A stretch of DNA of 63,774 bases, counting the filler, from Octopus bimaculoides (taxonomy: Eukaryota): the NCBI RefSeq assembly GCF_001194135.2. It is 6 parts of 5 records of this genome, joined end to end, with 100 filler letters (N's around TTAATTAATTAA, not from the genome) between each part and the next. Parts side by side here need not be neighbours in the genome. Positions count along the whole stretch, not along the records: positions 55,147 to 60,348 come from NC_068982.1; positions 60,449 to 62,456 come from NC_068986.1; positions 62,557 to 63,774 come from NC_068982.1; 3 more parts are not named here. One strand, 5' to 3'. How positions within the stretch are numbered: position 1 is the stretch's first letter; every line of letters starts with the position of its first letter. A program made the translations under genes and the position numbers. Positions 58,559 to 63,774 of this stretch are shown here, piece by piece. The notes beneath the pieces are model-generated. The model was not told the origin of the DNA and made no database searches. It worked only from the letters and a program-made list of their open reading frames with translations.

Positions 58559-60112
58559 TACACGCAGCTTTTTATTTTACTTAGATGCTTTTTACATGAA
58601 GTAATAACACCTATCTAACTCGGTACCAATGTTTTGACATAAATCAGGTTACTGGTACTGTTAGCTCACATGCTTTACCTAGATTAGTATCTAAGTTCTC
58701 TCAAACTGTATTTTACTTTATATGTTGTTGGCGGTTTTCCTTTTTGTTGTAACTTCGACCTGCAAAAAACATAGAATCAAAAAATTATCTCTTGCCTTTA
58801 AAAGTCCTAAGTCATGAGGGTACAAATCAACACAAAAAACCGTCCTTACAAGATCATATTTCTTTCATTGACATATGTATGAACCTTAATACGTACTTAT
58901 ATTCTCTTTACCATGAACCAAATAAGACACTGCAATGATTTCACGAACATTTTATCTATAAATAGTATATCTCGCAAACCAATCCACTTATAACAAATGT
59001 TTAATATATGTAGGGTTCAGCAAATTCCTGGAGAGGAAAAAAAAGCGTAAATATGAGATATTATCTATCGCTGGATTGTCATCTAGATAGTTAGTTTCTA
59101 TAAAATGTGTTTACATATTCCTCAACGTATCTACTTTTACGTTATAAATATAAACAAAAATATAGAAAATAACTGTTTCAAATTACGTTACCTCTTTAAA
59201 GAAATTAATGATTTCTACAATAATAAAATGTTCACTGTTTTGTAGAGTATTTCAGAATAAAATTAAGTATAAAGAAAATACCTAGTGGAATATAATTACT
59301 ACTGAAGATAGAAATATTCGGATGTTTAGTTTCTTGTTCAGTGTAGTTACGGATACATCAGCCGTAAAAATAAACCTCCCAGACAACGTACGTTATAAAA
59401 TATTAAAAACAACTTGTAATAAGCTTTCCATTCATCTCTAATTGCTTTTACATGAAGTTTAAGAAATACGTACCAGTTCGATATATATTCGTTTCCATGT
59501 TACTATTATGTTAATGCTTATTGAAATAAACCTAATATTTGCTTCTGGGACATTAAATATCAATTTAAGTTATTGTGATTAACGAATTCGTAGAAATGAA
59601 CAGTTTCCTATTAATGTTAGTTCGAATCGCAATGAAATTCAGATTCCACTAGTATTCCCCTGATGAGGCGCCACTTTCTAAATATATATGGGAAACGAGA
59701 ACTATATCTAACATCATTTAATGAATATTTCACCGTAATGAAATATACTTGGCATAGATAATTTTGTTACTAGCAATAAAACTCACACATAATTTGAAGA
59801 ACATTAACTAGATATACTAATTAAATGAATATCATTTATTCATATGTGTTCTGAGTGTGCTTTTCGCGATAACACAGTATGTTATCGAAACTTGAAAACT
59901 TTGGTATAGTCAAATAGACTAACTTACAACAAATTTAGTCACACTGCAAACCAGATAAAATTTGATTGTGTGAATCCATATCAACCAATCGTTATGGTTT
60001 CTGTTAACGGTTGTTTTATCGCTTTGTTTTAATATGCATATGAGTGAATGTTTATATACATATATATGTATATATGTATGCGTAGTACATATATATATAT
60101 ATGTGTGTGTGT

Positions 60113-60172
<60 letters not shown>

Positions 60173-60448
60173 ATATGTATATATGTGTGTATAATATATA
60201 TATATAACGGAGGTAGCTGATGAAGTAGAATGTTCTCTATGTGGCTTGTGTGTTTTCTCGTCTCTGTTTTGTTTGCAATGTCCTGTACCCAGATATGCAC
60301 CTATACATACAGGTGGGTGTCGGTATGCACATACCTGTACGTATATATNNNNNNNNNNNNNNNNNNNNNNNNNNNNNNNNNNNNNNNNNNNNTTAATTAA
60401 TTAANNNNNNNNNNNNNNNNNNNNNNNNNNNNNNNNNNNNNNNNNNNN

Positions 60449-61514
60449 AATTGTCTTTTGTTTCCCATTCGATTTTTCATTTTGTCATTTTAATTTTTAT
60501 TACTATCAGATCATATTGTATTGTCTCCTCTATGTGTGCCTTTTTTACGTAATAAAAAAAGCAACGAAACGTTTGTTGAGGAAAGGACCAGTGACTGGTC
60601 AGCTCGAGAGTGGTTTAAACGATTTCGCAGTGGAGACCTAAGCCTTGAAGATCGTGAGCGTACTGGACGCCCATCTATCATCGATGACGGTCAGTTAAAG
60701 ACCGTCATTGAGAAAGATCCACGTAAAGCCACTCGAGAACTGGCAAAAGAATTTCAAGTTAGCCAAAAAACTGCCTTCAACCATTTGCATGCGATCGGAA
60801 AATGAATGAAGCTCAACAAATGGGTACCACACGATTTGAATGAAAATCAGAAAATGCGCTGTTATGAAATTTGCTCGTCGCTTCTTCTCCGTAACCGATC
60901 CATTTCTCGTCCGTATTGTAACTTGCGATGTAAAGTGGATTCTGTACAATAATAAAAAACCTTCCCTAAACCCGATCTCTTCAAAAGAAGGTTATGGTGA
61001 CTGTTTGGTGGTGTAATCATCCACTATAACTTCTTAACTGGAAAAACCATTACTGCAGAAACATATTGCCATGAAATTGCCAAAATGAACGAAAAACTGC
61101 TACTCCTCCGTCCCGGACTGGTCAACAGAAGAGGGCCAATCATTCTTGATGACAATGCTCGACCACACGTTTCATTAATGACGCTCCAGAAGTTGAGGGA
61201 ACTTGGCTACGAAGTTCTTCCCCACCCAGCTTATTCCTCAAACCTTTCTCCTACCGACCACCACTTCTTCAAGCAATTTGATGGTTTCCTGCGAGAGGAG
61301 TTCAACAATCAAACCGATGCTGAAAGTGCGTTCAAAGAGTTCCTCAGCTCCAGAACTCCAGATTTTTTATGTTACCAGAATAAACAAACTTGCAACTCGT
61401 TGGTAAAAATGTGTTGATTGTAATAGTACTTATTTTAATGAATAAAATTTCTGCATTGTTGAAATATATTGTAATGAATTTCATGTTTCAAAACGTTGCT
61501 TACCTAGCCTGATA
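60449..61514 (+). mobile_element. mariner (DD34D) transposon, decayed; left end lost in the linker gap
   Basis: EWFKRFRSGDLSLEDRERTGRPS (HTH), KWVPHDL, IVTCDVKW, DDNARPH...HPAYSSNLSPTD (34 residues between the 2nd and 3rd Asp). Probable right TIR ...CTTACCTAGCCTGA-TA. Confidence 0.92.
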
Positions 61515-62611
61515 GATAACTAAGGATGTACGATGAGTGGTTAGAATTTCATTCCATATATAGCGTAGAATCATTTAGTTTAATGTATTATTACCATTTT
61601 TTGTCTTTAGAATTAAATGTTATGTCTAAGAAATCGATTATTTCGAGGTTATTACTTTCCTTTATATTCAAATATTTGATTAGATTGGTAAGGTTTTTTT
61701 CTATGGAATTACATGCTATGTGCTATATTTATTATATTATATTTAGTTTGCACTACGGGATATATTTTTTATAAGCTGTTTACTGGAGGTTACAATAATC
61801 TAGTCATCTAACAATATCACTCTTTTCAATGATTCTGAAAAACATTGATGCTACTAGGAACTGGCCAGATTTCTTCAGTTCATAGCATTTTTACGCTGTT
61901 ATCCAACCAGAGCTAAGCACAACCCCGCCTGCTATGCACTGTTTCATGCTCTCGGCTTTGGTCCTTCATTCATTTGCTTCTAGTACATTTATGCTGAAGC
62001 GTTTTCTGCTTCTCTTTCGCAATTTAACAGTCACTACTATACTACCCTCGTTATGTCCAATGCCAACCATTTAGGACTACAAATCCACAACAATCCCCTT
62101 TACTGAAAAGACTGTACATCGCAATCCTCTTGGTTCACGCTACTACGAAGTGTCTCATCTTAATATATAAATCTGAAATTGTGTGTTTGTGTGAAGCCTT
62201 TTTGAATGTTTATAGAAATCCACATTTTCCACTTTTTCGTAAAATTTTTTACATCAATGGAATTTTCTCGATCTGAACTTTCCAGTGCAGTAATTAGATT
62301 TTTTAAATTCCGTTTACTTTGTGTGATTTAAGAGAGATTTGGCTGTTGTTTCTAGCAACTTTTATATTTCATCCCTGCACCTGGAACGCCATTCTTACAC
62401 ACGCGCTCAACATAAAAATATAGAGAGTAAGAGTAAAAGAGGGAGAGGGAGAGAGANNNNNNNNNNNNNNNNNNNNNNNNNNNNNNNNNNNNNNNNNNNN
62501 TTAATTAATTAANNNNNNNNNNNNNNNNNNNNNNNNNNNNNNNNNNNNNNNNNNNNGGGGTGGGATGAATGGCGTGGAGTCTTTAGAAGTGTTCATGGGA
62601 GACAGTTAAGA

Positions 62612-62655
62612 ACTTCCGGTACTGGTGCAGAGGATAGGGACTTCCGGTACTGGTG
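62612..62655. promoter_or_regulatory. 16-bp direct repeat ACTTCCGGTACTGGTG x2 containing ETS-like cores
   Basis: Copies at 62612-62627 and 62640-62655 in a GC-richer contig end. Confidence 0.25.
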
Positions 62656-63726
62656 GTGGGGGTGGGAGGGCGTTTGCACCAAGGCCATTGCTGCAGAGGT
62701 AGAAGAGAGATTGCGAGCGAGGGGGATTGAGAAAGACAGAGAAAAGCAGATATCGAAAGAGACAGAGTAAAATAGAGGGGGGGGGGTTATGCCAGCACGA
62801 GGAAGAATAGAGAGGTAGGTTTGGGGATATCTGTCGCATAGACACATTAAATATTGAATGGTATAAATAGAATTTTGAGAAATTAGGGTATATATATAGT
62901 ATTAATAAACTAGATGGAATGAGTAAAATATTTTATTAGGTACGATACATGTTTCGACCCGTTCTTGGTCTCTTTGGGTACATCAATAAAAAAGTCTTAC
63001 GAGAGATTTTCTTATTTGGTTTCACGTACCGCTATATGTCCATCAATTTTGAGAATGAGTAAAAGACAGAGTAACATTGAAACACAAAAATTCAAATATG
63101 AAAGTGAAAATTATGCATTCTAGTTTGGAGAAAATGACGTAATGAGCCTTCACTGTTGTAACTGTTAAGAGAAAGAATGTAGAAGTTGAAAGGAAGATAA
63201 TTACTGAAATGAAAATTTTTTGTGTTCTTGCTTAGTATATACATACTCAGAGACATATATATACACACATATATATATGCGCTCACACTCACACATCCAA
63301 GTACATGAGTATATACATACAACTAGATACATGCACATACGCACACGTATGGACAAATACATACGTATATATGTATAGGAACTTATATATGCAGGTACAC
63401 ATGTGTATATATACATAAATAAACGTACATAGCATAGGTAAATATGTGCATATATTCGTACACAAAGCAAAATACAGACGTTTGTGTAAATTTGACATAC
63501 ACACATGTGTTAATACACTCACGTATACACATAAGTAAATATATACATGGATATACATACATATACACATACACATACACACATATACAAATATGTATGC
63601 ATAAATTCACACTAATATACACCTACAAAAAACGGAAATGCACACAGATGAACATGTAGACATATATATATATATACACACATATACACGTATATGCACA
63701 CACACACATATATACACACATATACA

Positions 63727-63774
<48 letters not shown>

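Noticed and set aside
59657-59700. CTGATGAGG...GGGAAAC on the plus strand
   Set aside because: No complementary stems II, III or I.
62941-62990. Hammerhead-like remnant on the minus strand (TTGATGT...ACCC/GGGT...GAAACATGTA)
   Set aside because: Two core mismatches and no stem I pairing. At most a fossil, so not called a ribozyme.

Overview
Repeat-dominated animal genomic DNA from a draft assembly, with about 8 kb of N. Five N44-TTAATTAATTAA-N44 blocks look like artificial scaffold joins, so segments on either side may not be neighbours. The dense microsatellites and the tRNA-derived SINE set suggest a coleoid cephalopod such as Octopus; this is an inference. No host protein-coding gene is recognisable, and almost every long ORF in the track is a microsatellite or N-run artefact. 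The supportable features are decayed mobile elements. These are two head-to-tail R4/Dong-type non-LTR retrotransposons (13.8-20.2 kb, minus; one apparently full length), a Ty3/Gypsy 5' LTR plus gag nested in one of them, and a Penelope-like element with RT, GIY-YIG end and an inverted terminal copy (20.9-23.2 kb). There are also RTE fragments, a DD34D mariner, a Tc1/mariner deletion derivative, a Tigger-like relic, three SINE families (about 20 copies or fragments), MITE/fold-back elements, and short R4/Dong 3' ends stacked in (AAT)n tracts. The most interesting signals are several unrelated hammerhead ribozyme motifs (best at 55232-55315 and 26457-26544), evidence of (TAA)n-targeted retrotransposition, a non-coding element sharing a 3' tail with an R4/Dong end, two long fold-back hairpins, and a few promoter- or exon-like islands.
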